The notes under the pieces were generated by a model. It did not search any database, was not told the origin of the DNA, and was given only the letters and a program-made list of their open reading frames with translations. Made by a program: the position numbers and the translations under genes. A DNA stretch of 64,000 nucleotides from a virus: the IMG/VR virus record IMGVR_UViG_3300020419_000859. One strand, 5' to 3'. Shown here in pieces: positions 37,965 to 47,115 of this stretch. The first letter of the stretch is position 1. Each line of letters begins with the position of its first letter.

Positions 37965-39357
37965 TATATTCAAATACTGCTTTGTTCATACCTTTGTGAA
38001 TAAGTTTAAACTCTGCTTTGTTCATAAAATTTTCTAAACTAGCCCATTTCAAGCCAGAAATATCGTCAAATACCCATACAGTTTGATCTGCTTTTCTTTG
38101 ATTAAAGAAAACGGCCTCTTTCAAAACAGATAATGTATCATGTGGACCATCAAAGTGTATCATTTCGTATTTGTCTACCATTCTTTTATATTCATCATAG
38201 ACAGGATAACCATCAGGAAATCTATTCATAAATTCAGTGTCTTCAAAATTAACTAAATGAAACTCTGGATAATCTTCAGCAAAGTTTATTATTGTAGTTT
38301 TTCTCATTAAATTATCATAGTTAAACTTTCTTGCTAATACACTATCAGAAGCTGCATAGTCAATATTACCATAAGGGTCAACACCTAAATGAACAAGAGA
38401 AGTTTTAGGGTGATGATGTCTATATGCGTCTATAATAGTTTTACTTCCTAGACCTAATCTAACACCAATCTCCATACTTGCACCTATAGGATTTTTTAAT
38501 CTTTTTACTGCGTCTGCTAATGAATTATATTCAACACTGTCGCCTGTAAATTTTTCTCCTTCGTTTACTTCTAATGCATATTTTCCTGTTTCAGGATCAA
38601 TACCTGGATATACTCTTTTAACTGCTTTTGCAGTCTTATCAATAAATCTAGTATCTTTGGCACCTTTGCCTTCAACTTCCGTTTTATATGTTGTTGTATC
38701 GTGACCTAAATCATTTACTGTTGGTACTTTAGTTTCAGCAAACATATCACGATTATTCATAATTTGACCAACTTGAAACGTACTATTACCTGTGTGTCTA
38801 CAACGTATTGTAGTATCAGCAAATATTTTAAATCCTTTTGATCTTGCTTTTCTACAGAAATCAACATCTTCAGAAACAGTATTGTTATGATCTAGTGCTG
38901 AGTGATAAGTGAAGTAAGGATAACCAACTTTTCTAAAAACTTCACCTTTAATCAAAGCACAACCCATACCACACGCAACTATTTCAAAGAAAGGATTGTC
39001 TTTACAGTTTTCAAATGGTATACGTCTAGAGCCGCCGTTAGGACCTGCTTCGTAAATTTCTAATGAGTGTGTACCTGGTATTCTTTGTATATAAAGACCT
39101 GACACTATATCTACATCATGTTTTACCATTTTGACTAGTGTATCTTTATCAAAAGCGATATCACTATCTACTGAAAACAGATAGTCATAATGTTCAGCCC
39201 ATGAGGCTATTAAATTTCTTATTTGATCTATTTGATATCCATAAAAGAATTGAAACTCTACTTTAAATCCTTCTGGTGCTGTTAAATCGTATATTGCTTT
39301 GTATGTATCCGGCTCAATATACTTGTTTGTTGGAATTGCTATTAATATTTTTTTCAT
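37957..39357 (-). CDS. GT2-like glycosyltransferase fused to a class I methyltransferase
   Basis: N-terminal RN...YLFSVDSD, GMGCALI and SEDVDFC; C-terminal EIGVRLG, GVDPY, IHFDGPH and VFDD. Confidence 0.85.
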   Translation of the reverse strand: MKKILIAIPTNKYIEPDTYKAIYDLTAPEGFKVEFQFFYGYQIDQIRNLIASWAEHYDYLFSVDSDIAFDKDTLVKMVKHDVDIVSGLYIQRIPGTHSLEIYEAGPNGGSRRIPFENCKDNPFFEIVACGMGCALIKGEVFRKVGYPYFTYHSALDHNNTVSEDVDFCRKARSKGFKIFADTTIRCRHTGNSTFQVGQIMNNRDMFAETKVPTVNDLGHDTTTYKTEVEGKGAKDTRFIDKTAKAVKRVYPGIDPETGKYALEVNEGEKFTGDSVEYNSLADAVKRLKNPIGASMEIGVRLGLGSKTIIDAYRHHHPKTSLVHLGVDPYGNIDYAASDSVLARKFNYDNLMRKTTIINFAEDYPEFHLVNFEDTEFMNRFPDGYPVYDEYKRMVDKYEMIHFDGPHDTLSVLKEAVFFNQRKADQTVWVFDDISGLKWASLENFMNKAEFKLIHKGMNKAVFEYIK

Positions 39358-41384
39358 TGGTTAATTATCCTATTTGCATTTTTTGTTTGTTCGTCACTGT
39401 TAATTTTATAATCATTAAGAGGATTTATATCATTATAATTATAGACTATATCAGATACTACTTTTACTTTATTCGGATCGGCTTTTTCTATTAGTGTATA
39501 GAATATAGAACCGTCTCCGCCGGCTTTGTACCATTTTTTATTTTCATCTTGAAAATTGCTGTCATCACAACCATTTAAAAGTCCTGCTTTAAATGTTCTT
39601 AAATGTGTGTATGGCATATTCCAATTGAATTTATATTTTCTATATTCTTTTTTTCTTTTAATTTCTTCTGGATAGTTTTGCGCTACTAAAGGTATTTTGT
39701 CTACCATTGAATAACATGACCCATAAGTAAATTCTGTAGTGCCGTCATAAAGATTATTATAATATTGTAATATCTGATTATCATTTATAAATGAATCATC
39801 GCCATCTAAAAACATAACAATGTCATCTTCATTACAATATTTTCTTATAGACTCTATTTGATTTCTAACAGCGCCTTTATTTTCTTCATTACGAATCACC
39901 TTTATCCTATCAGATTCAAATTGTTTGGCAACGTTGTAAGTATCATCTGTAGAACAATCATCAATTACAATCATTTCGTAATTATCATAATCTTGTGTAA
40001 TAACTGATCTAATACAATTTGCAATATATCTTTCTGAATTATAAGTAGGCGATATAATAACAATTTTTTGTTCTTTTCTTCTAGGTATATAATTTTCTTC
40101 TAAATTTGTAAATCTTCTACCAAATACTTCTCTAACTCTTGAATTGATATAACTTACTTTTCTATATTCATCTACAGGTAAATAATGTCCTAACATTCTG
40201 TAGAAGTGTTGTTTCCATTGTAAAGCAACAGAGTCCCAACCAACAATACCTTTTATCATATTACAAGCATATTGTTTTTGTTGATGTAAATATCTATTGT
40301 GATGTGCCATTAATACTTCGCCTACAAATTTTTCTACTTGTCTTTTTTTAGGTATAAATGGAAATAAAGAGTTTGGCTCTATTGCATAATCAATTAAATA
40401 ACATGCTGATGATACAGCAGTTTCTTCTAAAGCACCAAAACGTGTAGTGATTAAAGGTGTGTTATATGCGATTGCTTCTAAAGAAGATATACCAAACGTT
40501 TCAGGAAAAGCACCTGGAAATAATTTATAACTTGCTTTGGCCATTATATCTGCTATTTCAGATTGTTTAATAACTCCTGTAAATTCTATTCCTAGTTCTT
40601 TGTTTTTAGGGTCTTGTGACATCTTTAGCCATTCTTGACCTTGAGCGTCCATCTGTCCATCTTTAAATGTGTAAAAACCACCAATACATATTAATCTTGC
40701 TTCAGGTATTTTTTGTTTTACTATAGGCCAAATATCTTCTACTAAAGGTTTCATGCCTTTTGTGAAAGCTGCATTGAACACATAAAGATATGGATCTTTT
40801 TTTCTTATATCAATTTCATTATGATATTGTACTATACCATTTCTTGTTTGAAAAAATCTATGTTTTAATACTTCAAAATTTCTACGTTTACCATGATCAC
40901 AATTCATAACATACGTTGAATGAAAATCAGATAAAGTAAATATTTCATCTATATGACCTTGTACTAATAGGTCTTCTAACATAAGATCGCCGTTTGCAAA
41001 TGTGTCATGCATCCAAACTACTTTATGTTTTGCGTTTGCTTTAATATGTCTATATCTTTGAGGTTGATATCCTTCAAAATGTTTATATTGATTAGGTGCT
41101 AAAAAAGGTATAATTGTTCTTAATGAAACAACAATATCAAAGTTAAAATCGTTTTTGTAATCTAAAATAGAATTATCTAGGTACTGTACACCGTCATAAG
41201 TTCCTTCTCTTGCAAGATTAGGATCACTATTACAGTTATTAAATATTGTGACTTTAAAACCTAACTTTGATAAGTTTTTGGCCATTAAGATAGTTGCAGA
41301 CTCGGAACCACCTAGACCTCTCTTTGTCAACGTGTCGCCATCATATGGTAGGCCAATTATGTCTAAAAATGCTATAGAAATCAT
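39354..41384 (-). CDS. Bifunctional glycosyltransferase (GT4-like plus GT2)
   Basis: GGSE, WMHD and ETFGISSLEA (GT-B), then IISPTYN, IDDCSTD and FLDGDD (GT2). Confidence 0.9.
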   Translation of the reverse strand: MISIAFLDIIGLPYDGDTLTKRGLGGSESATILMAKNLSKLGFKVTIFNNCNSDPNLAREGTYDGVQYLDNSILDYKNDFNFDIVVSLRTIIPFLAPNQYKHFEGYQPQRYRHIKANAKHKVVWMHDTFANGDLMLEDLLVQGHIDEIFTLSDFHSTYVMNCDHGKRRNFEVLKHRFFQTRNGIVQYHNEIDIRKKDPYLYVFNAAFTKGMKPLVEDIWPIVKQKIPEARLICIGGFYTFKDGQMDAQGQEWLKMSQDPKNKELGIEFTGVIKQSEIADIMAKASYKLFPGAFPETFGISSLEAIAYNTPLITTRFGALEETAVSSACYLIDYAIEPNSLFPFIPKKRQVEKFVGEVLMAHHNRYLHQQKQYACNMIKGIVGWDSVALQWKQHFYRMLGHYLPVDEYRKVSYINSRVREVFGRRFTNLEENYIPRRKEQKIVIISPTYNSERYIANCIRSVITQDYDNYEMIVIDDCSTDDTYNVAKQFESDRIKVIRNEENKGAVRNQIESIRKYCNEDDIVMFLDGDDSFINDNQILQYYNNLYDGTTEFTYGSCYSMVDKIPLVAQNYPEEIKRKKEYRKYKFNWNMPYTHLRTFKAGLLNGCDDSNFQDENKKWYKAGGDGSIFYTLIEKADPNKVKVVSDIVYNYNDINPLNDYKINSDEQTKNANRIINQ

Positions 41385-41414
41385 TTAAAATTACTTATTA
41401 TATTCACTACAGTT

Positions 41415-41456
41415 TATTTATAAATATACTATAACAGAATAATAAAAAAAAGTCAA
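41415..41456. promoter_or_regulatory. Palindromic back-to-back late promoters plus a minus-strand sigma70 promoter
   Basis: TATTTATAAATA at 41415-41426 gives TATAAATA on both strands. The minus strand also has TTGACT-N17-TATAGT (41456-41428). Confidence 0.7.
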
Positions 41457-41492
41457 TGCTTGGACTTTAATGAGGGGGATTAGTATTCACAC

Positions 41493-43415
41493 ATGCCGGT
41501 AATTAAGAATGCAGGTGTTCGTGTAGGTCTAGGAAGAATAGGTTTCACAGGATCAGCAGGACCACAAGGTTTTACAGGATCAAAAGGGGATAAAGGTAGT
41601 GACGGCTCACCAGGAGGTTACGCCGGTTCACAAGGTTTCACAGGATCACAAGGTTTACAAGGACCTGCCGGTGGTTACACTGGTTCAGAGGGTGCTGTAG
41701 GTTTCACAGGATCACTTGGTTATACTGGTTCATCAGGAACAACAGGTTTCACTGGATCAGTTGGTGCTCAAGGACCTGCCGGAGGTTTTACAGGTTCAGT
41801 TGGTTATACTGGTTCTGCCGGAGCAGGTTACACTGGTTCTAAAGGCGACACAGGTTTTGATGGCTCAGTAGGATTTACAGGTTCAAAAGGCGATATAGGT
41901 TTTAGTGGTTCTAAAGGAGACGCAGGTGCCGATGGATCAGATGGTGCTGTAGGTTTTACAGGATCAAAAGGCGATCAAGGTGTAATAGGATTTTCAGGCT
42001 CTAAAGGAGATACAGGCGCCGTAGGTTTTTCAGGATCAAAAGGAGATACAGGAGCTGCAGGTGCTGATGGTGCTGACGGTGCTGTAGGTTTTACAGGATC
42101 AGCTGGCGTAGGTTATGCCGGTTCAGCAGGAGCAGGATTTACAGGATCTCAAGGTCTTGTTGGTTTTACAGGTTCAGCAGGAACAGGTTCAGATTCACCT
42201 TTAGTATTCACAACTTCAGGAGATTATAGAACACTTACAGGATTTTTAGAAAGTGGTTCAACAAGTACTATAAGAACAGCAGAGTTTCATGGTGACTTAT
42301 TAAGATTAACTCTTGCTACATTTACTCCTTCTTTTTCAGCTTCATCAACTCCAAGTTCATCATTAAATTGGGATGTTTCTTGTACAGGATTTTCTGTATC
42401 AGTAGATAACCCTAGTGATGTCACAAACGATTTTATAAGTTCAGTTTACTCTATCACTCAAACAAGTGGAAGTGTTAACGGTACTTTGTCTAATTATACG
42501 GCAGGTAGTTTTTCACAAACACCAGCAGGTGGTGTAGATTGGAATCAATCTTTCACTGTAGACAATTCAAATTCATATATTAGATCAACATCAACTAATC
42601 GTAGTGGTGGCTCAGCAGGCGCAACAGTTAAATTTAATCATAATGACGGCAGTGAATCAGAATACACGGCTTCTGATACAAGTTTTTCCGTTAACTGGTC
42701 AACAGCGTCTATGAGCGTATCTAAAAATAATGTCAGCGGAAAGACATTTTTAAAAACATATTCAAGTACCTCTTACAGTACAAGTGTAAGCGGCCTCAAT
42801 AGTTCAAGCAATAGTTCACATTCGCTTTCGGCTACTGGAGGTACTTTGAACAATACATCTGGCAGTGGTTATGTCAGTGGAACATTTACATTCACTGATC
42901 CTATCCATAAAGATAACACAGGTACTACTCGTACAATTAGTAATACTTGTACTTTCACAAGACCTGCCAATGTAACCGGTACATCGTACACTGTAGATCA
43001 ATCATCTACAACATCTAGCGTATCTGCTTCGTTCACATATCCAAGTTTTTGGATTTGGACTTCAAGTACAGGATCCCCTCCAACACTTACGGATATAATA
43101 GACGATTCTGAAAGTACCGGTTTTAACTCTAACACGAACCAATTGGCCAATCAGACTCATGATTTTTCCGTCCAAGCAGTGAACAATACTGATTCTAATC
43201 CTCGTGCTTTTTGGTTCGCTGTTAGAAATTCGGTTACACAACCGACAACATTTAAAACTGGTGCAAGTTCAGCTCTATTGAGTGATGTATCTACAACAGA
43301 TGGTGGTACTCTTTCTTTAATACCAAATTCACCACCTAGTGGATTAACAGGTGAATCTTATCACTTATATGGAATTACACTTCAACCAGGAACAACTTAT
43401 GTGGAGATTAGTTAA
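41493..43415 (+). CDS. Collagen-like fibre protein with Ser/Thr-rich C-terminal domain
   Basis: About 220 aa of Gly-X-Y repeats (GFTGSxG), then a beta-rich domain. Confidence 0.85.
   Translation: MPVIKNAGVRVGLGRIGFTGSAGPQGFTGSKGDKGSDGSPGGYAGSQGFTGSQGLQGPAGGYTGSEGAVGFTGSLGYTGSSGTTGFTGSVGAQGPAGGFTGSVGYTGSAGAGYTGSKGDTGFDGSVGFTGSKGDIGFSGSKGDAGADGSDGAVGFTGSKGDQGVIGFSGSKGDTGAVGFSGSKGDTGAAGADGADGAVGFTGSAGVGYAGSAGAGFTGSQGLVGFTGSAGTGSDSPLVFTTSGDYRTLTGFLESGSTSTIRTAEFHGDLLRLTLATFTPSFSASSTPSSSLNWDVSCTGFSVSVDNPSDVTNDFISSVYSITQTSGSVNGTLSNYTAGSFSQTPAGGVDWNQSFTVDNSNSYIRSTSTNRSGGSAGATVKFNHNDGSESEYTASDTSFSVNWSTASMSVSKNNVSGKTFLKTYSSTSYSTSVSGLNSSSNSSHSLSATGGTLNNTSGSGYVSGTFTFTDPIHKDNTGTTRTISNTCTFTRPANVTGTSYTVDQSSTTSSVSASFTYPSFWIWTSSTGSPPTLTDIIDDSESTGFNSNTNQLANQTHDFSVQAVNNTDSNPRAFWFAVRNSVTQPTTFKTGASSALLSDVSTTDGGTLSLIPNSPPSGLTGESYHLYGITLQPGTTYVEIS
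41530..42190 (+). repeat. Gly-X-Y coding repeats (GGW TTY ACW GGW TCW units)
   Basis: Degenerate tandem 9/18/27-nt repeats; the same units recur at about 43745-44340, 45225-45735 and 47224-47310. Confidence 0.85.
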
Positions 43416-44938
43416 TGTCTAGTAATTACGACGGATTAACCAGAAACGTATGGCCAGGTACATGGAGTACCGGGACTAACTCCCCTATAGTACTTGATAC
43501 AGAAATTAGAGGTACTTTACATTCTATCACAGGAGATAGTGGAGATAGATTAACAGATATTCCAGGTGCTAGAATACAAGAAGGTATGTTAGTGTATGTT
43601 AAAACAACTTACACATCAGGATCAACAACATACACAGGAGATAATTACTACACTTACAAACTTCAAGGTTCTGAATCTAGAAATTCATCAACAGGTGCCG
43701 TTCCTAATGCAGACGCAAACTGGTCATTGTTCAGTGTATCAGGTGGTTCGGGTTATACAGGATCAGCAGGTGCAATTGGATTTACAGGTAGTAAAGGTGA
43801 CGTAGGATTTACCGGCAGTAAAGGTGATGACGGCGCTACAGGATTTACAGGATCAAAAGGAGACGCAGGTTCAGCCGGTGCAGTAGGATTTACGGGATCA
43901 AAAGGAGACGCAGGTTCAGCCGGCGCAACAGGATTTACCGGTAGTAAAGGCGATCAAGGTGTAATAGGATTTTCAGGATCAAAAGGAGATACAGGAGCTG
44001 CAGGTGCTGATGGTTCAGATGGTGCAGTAGGATTTACCGGCAGTAAAGGAGATTTAGGATATTCAGGATCAAAAGGCGATATAGGTTTTAGTGGTTCTAA
44101 AGGAGATACAGGAGCTGCTGGCGCTGATGGTTCAGATGGCGCAACAGGATTTACCGGCAGTAAAGGAGATTTAGGTTATACAGGTTCAATTGGTTACAGT
44201 GGTTCAAAAGGCGATCAAGGTGTTATTGGTTACACAGGATCAAAAGGCGATTTAGGATATTCAGGATCAAAAGGCGATACAGGTTTCAGTGGTTCAAAAG
44301 GTGATCAAGGTGTTATTGGTTACACAGGATCGGAAGGAAATTTAGACGTATCAGTTTCGTCAACTCCACCAGGTTCAGCAGGACTTGGCGATGTTTGGAT
44401 TGATGACGCAACAGGTATTCAATATTTCTACATGAACGATGGTAATAGTAATCAATGGGTAGAATTATCCAACCAAGGTGTCGTAGGATTTACCGGCTCT
44501 GCTGGCGCTAGCACATTATCAGCTCTTACAGATACAACTATTAGTACTCCACAAAAAGGTCATACTTTAGTTTATAATGGTTCAGGTTGGGTACAAACAC
44601 AAACTCCAATTTCACAATTTGTGGTGACAGCAAATGGATCAAGTGCATATAGATTTGATGGTGCAGGATTTCCGTCAGGTACAAGTGGCGATAATCCTAC
44701 TATCTATCTTAAAAAAGGTCAAACATACTACTTTAGAAATACAAGTGGTGGTCACCCATTTAGAATACAATCAACAACAGGTACTAGTGGTACAGTATAT
44801 AACACAGGCGTGACAGATAATAACGCTTCAGGACCTAACGGTGTTGTTGTATTTCATGTTCCTATGGACGCTCCTGCGACATTATACTATCAATGTTCAT
44901 CGCACGGTTCTATGGTAGGAACAATTACTATAGTTTAA
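43415..44938 (+). CDS. Collagen-like fibre protein with C-terminal cupredoxin-like domain
   Basis: GFTGSKGD repeats, a GDVWID...QWVE module, and NPTIYL..GQTY.F...HPF...YYQCSSHGSM. Confidence 0.85.
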   Translation: MSSNYDGLTRNVWPGTWSTGTNSPIVLDTEIRGTLHSITGDSGDRLTDIPGARIQEGMLVYVKTTYTSGSTTYTGDNYYTYKLQGSESRNSSTGAVPNADANWSLFSVSGGSGYTGSAGAIGFTGSKGDVGFTGSKGDDGATGFTGSKGDAGSAGAVGFTGSKGDAGSAGATGFTGSKGDQGVIGFSGSKGDTGAAGADGSDGAVGFTGSKGDLGYSGSKGDIGFSGSKGDTGAAGADGSDGATGFTGSKGDLGYTGSIGYSGSKGDQGVIGYTGSKGDLGYSGSKGDTGFSGSKGDQGVIGYTGSEGNLDVSVSSTPPGSAGLGDVWIDDATGIQYFYMNDGNSNQWVELSNQGVVGFTGSAGASTLSALTDTTISTPQKGHTLVYNGSGWVQTQTPISQFVVTANGSSAYRFDGAGFPSGTSGDNPTIYLKKGQTYYFRNTSGGHPFRIQSTTGTSGTVYNTGVTDNNASGPNGVVVFHVPMDAPATLYYQCSSHGSMVGTITIV

Positions 44939-44982
44939 TTTAAAACTATTGTATTATATAAGAATTTGAAGAAGAAATAACT

Positions 44983-44990
44983 TATAAATA
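44983..44990 (+). promoter_or_regulatory. T4-type late promoter
   Basis: TATAAATA in the intergenic region. Confidence 0.65.
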
Positions 44991-45117
44991 GATGGAGGAA
45001 AAAGAAACGAAATACTTTTTTCTTGCAAGAAATTTATAAAATGATTATAACGTTAAAATTATGTATTAAGTGAAAGAGTATTATTTAATTAAATAAAACA
45101 ATTAGGAGAAACACAAA

Positions 45118-46014
45118 ATGGCAATAAACTTTCCAAATTCGCCATCGTTAAACGACATATACACTCTCGGTACAAGACAGTGGAAATGGAACGGTAACGG
45201 TTGGGCGCTACAGCCTTTAACAGCAGGTTTCACTGGATCAATCGGTTATACCGGTTCTAAAGGTGATATTGGTTATACAGGTTCAAAAGGGGACACAGGT
45301 TTAGGTTTTAACATTGCTAAGACTTATACAAGTGTTGCTAACTTATCAGCAGATACATCTCCATCAGGCATTGCGACTGGTGAATTTGCTATCATTGAAA
45401 ACGGGTCATTAACTGACTCAGAAAATTCTAGATTATACCTATGGAACGGTTCAGCATACTCATTCGTATCTGACCTTTCTGGTACAATTGGTTTCACAGG
45501 TTCTAAAGGGGATACTGGTTTCACTGGATCAAAAGGTGATATTGGTTTCACAGGATCTAAAGGAGACATTGGTTACACAGGTTCTAAAGGTTTCACAGGT
45601 TCTAAAGGGGACATTGGTTACACTGGATCAAAAGGTGACATTGGTTACACTGGATCAAAAGGTTTCACAGGTTCTAAAGGGGACACTGGATTCACAGGTT
45701 CTAAAGGTGACATTGGTTACACTGGATCTGAAGGTAATCTTGATATTACAACATCAGCTTCACCGCCAACTTCAGGCGTAGGAGAAGGTGACATTTGGGT
45801 AGATAACGCTACAGGCGTACAATACTTCTACTACAATGATGGTAACTCAACTCAATGGGTTGAATTATCTAACCAAGGTGTTGTTGGATTTACAGGATCA
45901 AAAGGTGATCAAGTAGATACAATCGATTCATCTAACTTTAGTTCAGCAGTGACTTTACTGATTAAAAACAGTTCAGGCACAACTTTAAAAACAATCATAG
46001 GAAACGCTTCGTAA
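45118..46014 (+). CDS. Collagen-like fibre/adaptor protein
   Basis: INFPNSP...WKWNG N-terminus, Gly-X-Y repeats, a GDIWVD...QWVE module and an LLIKNSSGTTLKT C-terminus. Confidence 0.8.
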   Translation: MAINFPNSPSLNDIYTLGTRQWKWNGNGWALQPLTAGFTGSIGYTGSKGDIGYTGSKGDTGLGFNIAKTYTSVANLSADTSPSGIATGEFAIIENGSLTDSENSRLYLWNGSAYSFVSDLSGTIGFTGSKGDTGFTGSKGDIGFTGSKGDIGYTGSKGFTGSKGDIGYTGSKGDIGYTGSKGFTGSKGDTGFTGSKGDIGYTGSEGNLDITTSASPPTSGVGEGDIWVDNATGVQYFYYNDGNSTQWVELSNQGVVGFTGSKGDQVDTIDSSNFSSAVTLLIKNSSGTTLKTIIGNAS

Positions 46015-46042
46015 GAAGTAGAGTAAGAAGGAGAAATAAATT

Positions 46043-46975
46043 ATGGCAACAAGAAACCCATTAGTATATAGCTCGGGAAATCTAGTTGAAATGACTTCAG
46101 CTCAAGTTGACGCTGTTGTAGATAATATTGTTTATCAATATTCGCAATCGCCGTCAGTGACATTATCAGTAGTAGGATCAGGTGGTTCTTTAGGAACAAT
46201 CACTGATACTAGGTTAAAGGCAGGTACGGTTTCAACATCGGCTTCGTCTTTTCCAGGATCAGGTACTACACAAGATCCTCAAACGGTAACAGTCAACTAT
46301 GATAAAGTTAGTCAATCAGTTGCTTCGGTTACACCGACAGCTGACACAGGTACAACATGGCCAGTTTACTACACAAGTGGTGGTGAAATCCATGCTATGC
46401 CTTTAGCAGATATTAAGGACACGTTCTTACATCCTGCTATTGACTTACTTACAAGTGGTTCAACAGGTACACAACAAGGTGGTACATATTTTGTATCGTC
46501 TAACGCCTCTGAATCAGGTGCGACTGAAGTTAGTGGTTCAAGCACACCGATATTTGTAGACACAAGAGCCAATACTGGCGCTTATGCTTCAGGTTCAATC
46601 GGTGATCATGCGTTGGATAACCCGACTACGATTACTAGCTACTATTTGCATAAAGTAAATGGTGCTACTTCATCATACGAGAATCTATTAAATATAGACG
46701 GATCAAATCACTTACAACAAACTGGTTCATCTTTTGATACTTTGTGTCAAGAGTGGATTAGAGCGACTGCAAGTGCTTCAACAGACGGATATACTATTAG
46801 ATATAACTTTAATGGTTCAGGTACTACAAGAGGATCTGGTATGGCTAACACTGTACTTGATGGATCTAATTACCAAACTAGACAAGTTAACGGTGATGAC
46901 TACAGAGCGCAAGAGTTTCCAAGTGGTTCAGTAACCACAGCGGCTACTCACACGCTTAAGATTGTTAAAGCTTAA
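46043..46975 (+). CDS. Putative virion structural protein
   Basis: Strong AAGGAG RBS, Ser/Thr/Gly-rich composition, C-terminal YRAQEFP, followed by a strong terminator. Confidence 0.65.
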   Translation: MATRNPLVYSSGNLVEMTSAQVDAVVDNIVYQYSQSPSVTLSVVGSGGSLGTITDTRLKAGTVSTSASSFPGSGTTQDPQTVTVNYDKVSQSVASVTPTADTGTTWPVYYTSGGEIHAMPLADIKDTFLHPAIDLLTSGSTGTQQGGTYFVSSNASESGATEVSGSSTPIFVDTRANTGAYASGSIGDHALDNPTTITSYYLHKVNGATSSYENLLNIDGSNHLQQTGSSFDTLCQEWIRATASASTDGYTIRYNFNGSGTTRGSGMANTVLDGSNYQTRQVNGDDYRAQEFPSGSVTTAATHTLKIVKA

Positions 46976-47003
46976 TAATCTATAGTAATCAAAGAAAAAG
47001 ATT

Positions 47004-47035
47004 AACCCCCGGCGATTCGTCTCCGGGGGTTTTTT
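47004..47035 (+). terminator. Rho-independent terminator
   Basis: AACCCCCGG...CCGGGGGTT hairpin followed by a T-run. Confidence 0.9.
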
Positions 47036-47062
47036 ATTGGAAAATAGCTGTCCTAAAATTAG

Positions 47063-47079
47063 TATAAATATTATAAATA
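47063..47079 (+). promoter_or_regulatory. Tandem T4-type late promoters
   Basis: TATAAATA at 47063-47070 and 47072-47079. Confidence 0.75.
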
Positions 47080-47115
47080 TGTGGAACGAGAAACTTAAAA
47101 GGATAGAATTATAAT

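Noticed and set aside
44939-45117. Long AT-rich intergenic region as a possible ncRNA or tRNA (also 55589-55705)
   Set aside because: No cloverleaf or convincing stable structure; explained as late promoter plus leader.
41530-45735. Tandem DNA repeats that might be a CRISPR array or a diversity-generating retroelement template/variable pair
   Set aside because: They are in-frame Gly-X-Y codons with wobble variation and no unique spacers, and no cas or reverse transcriptase gene is in the window.
45488-45781. Repetitive alternative-frame ORF (VSQVLK/LDQKV), and similar ORFs at 43596 and 46734
   Set aside because: These are shadow frames of the fibre genes with no RBS or independent signal.
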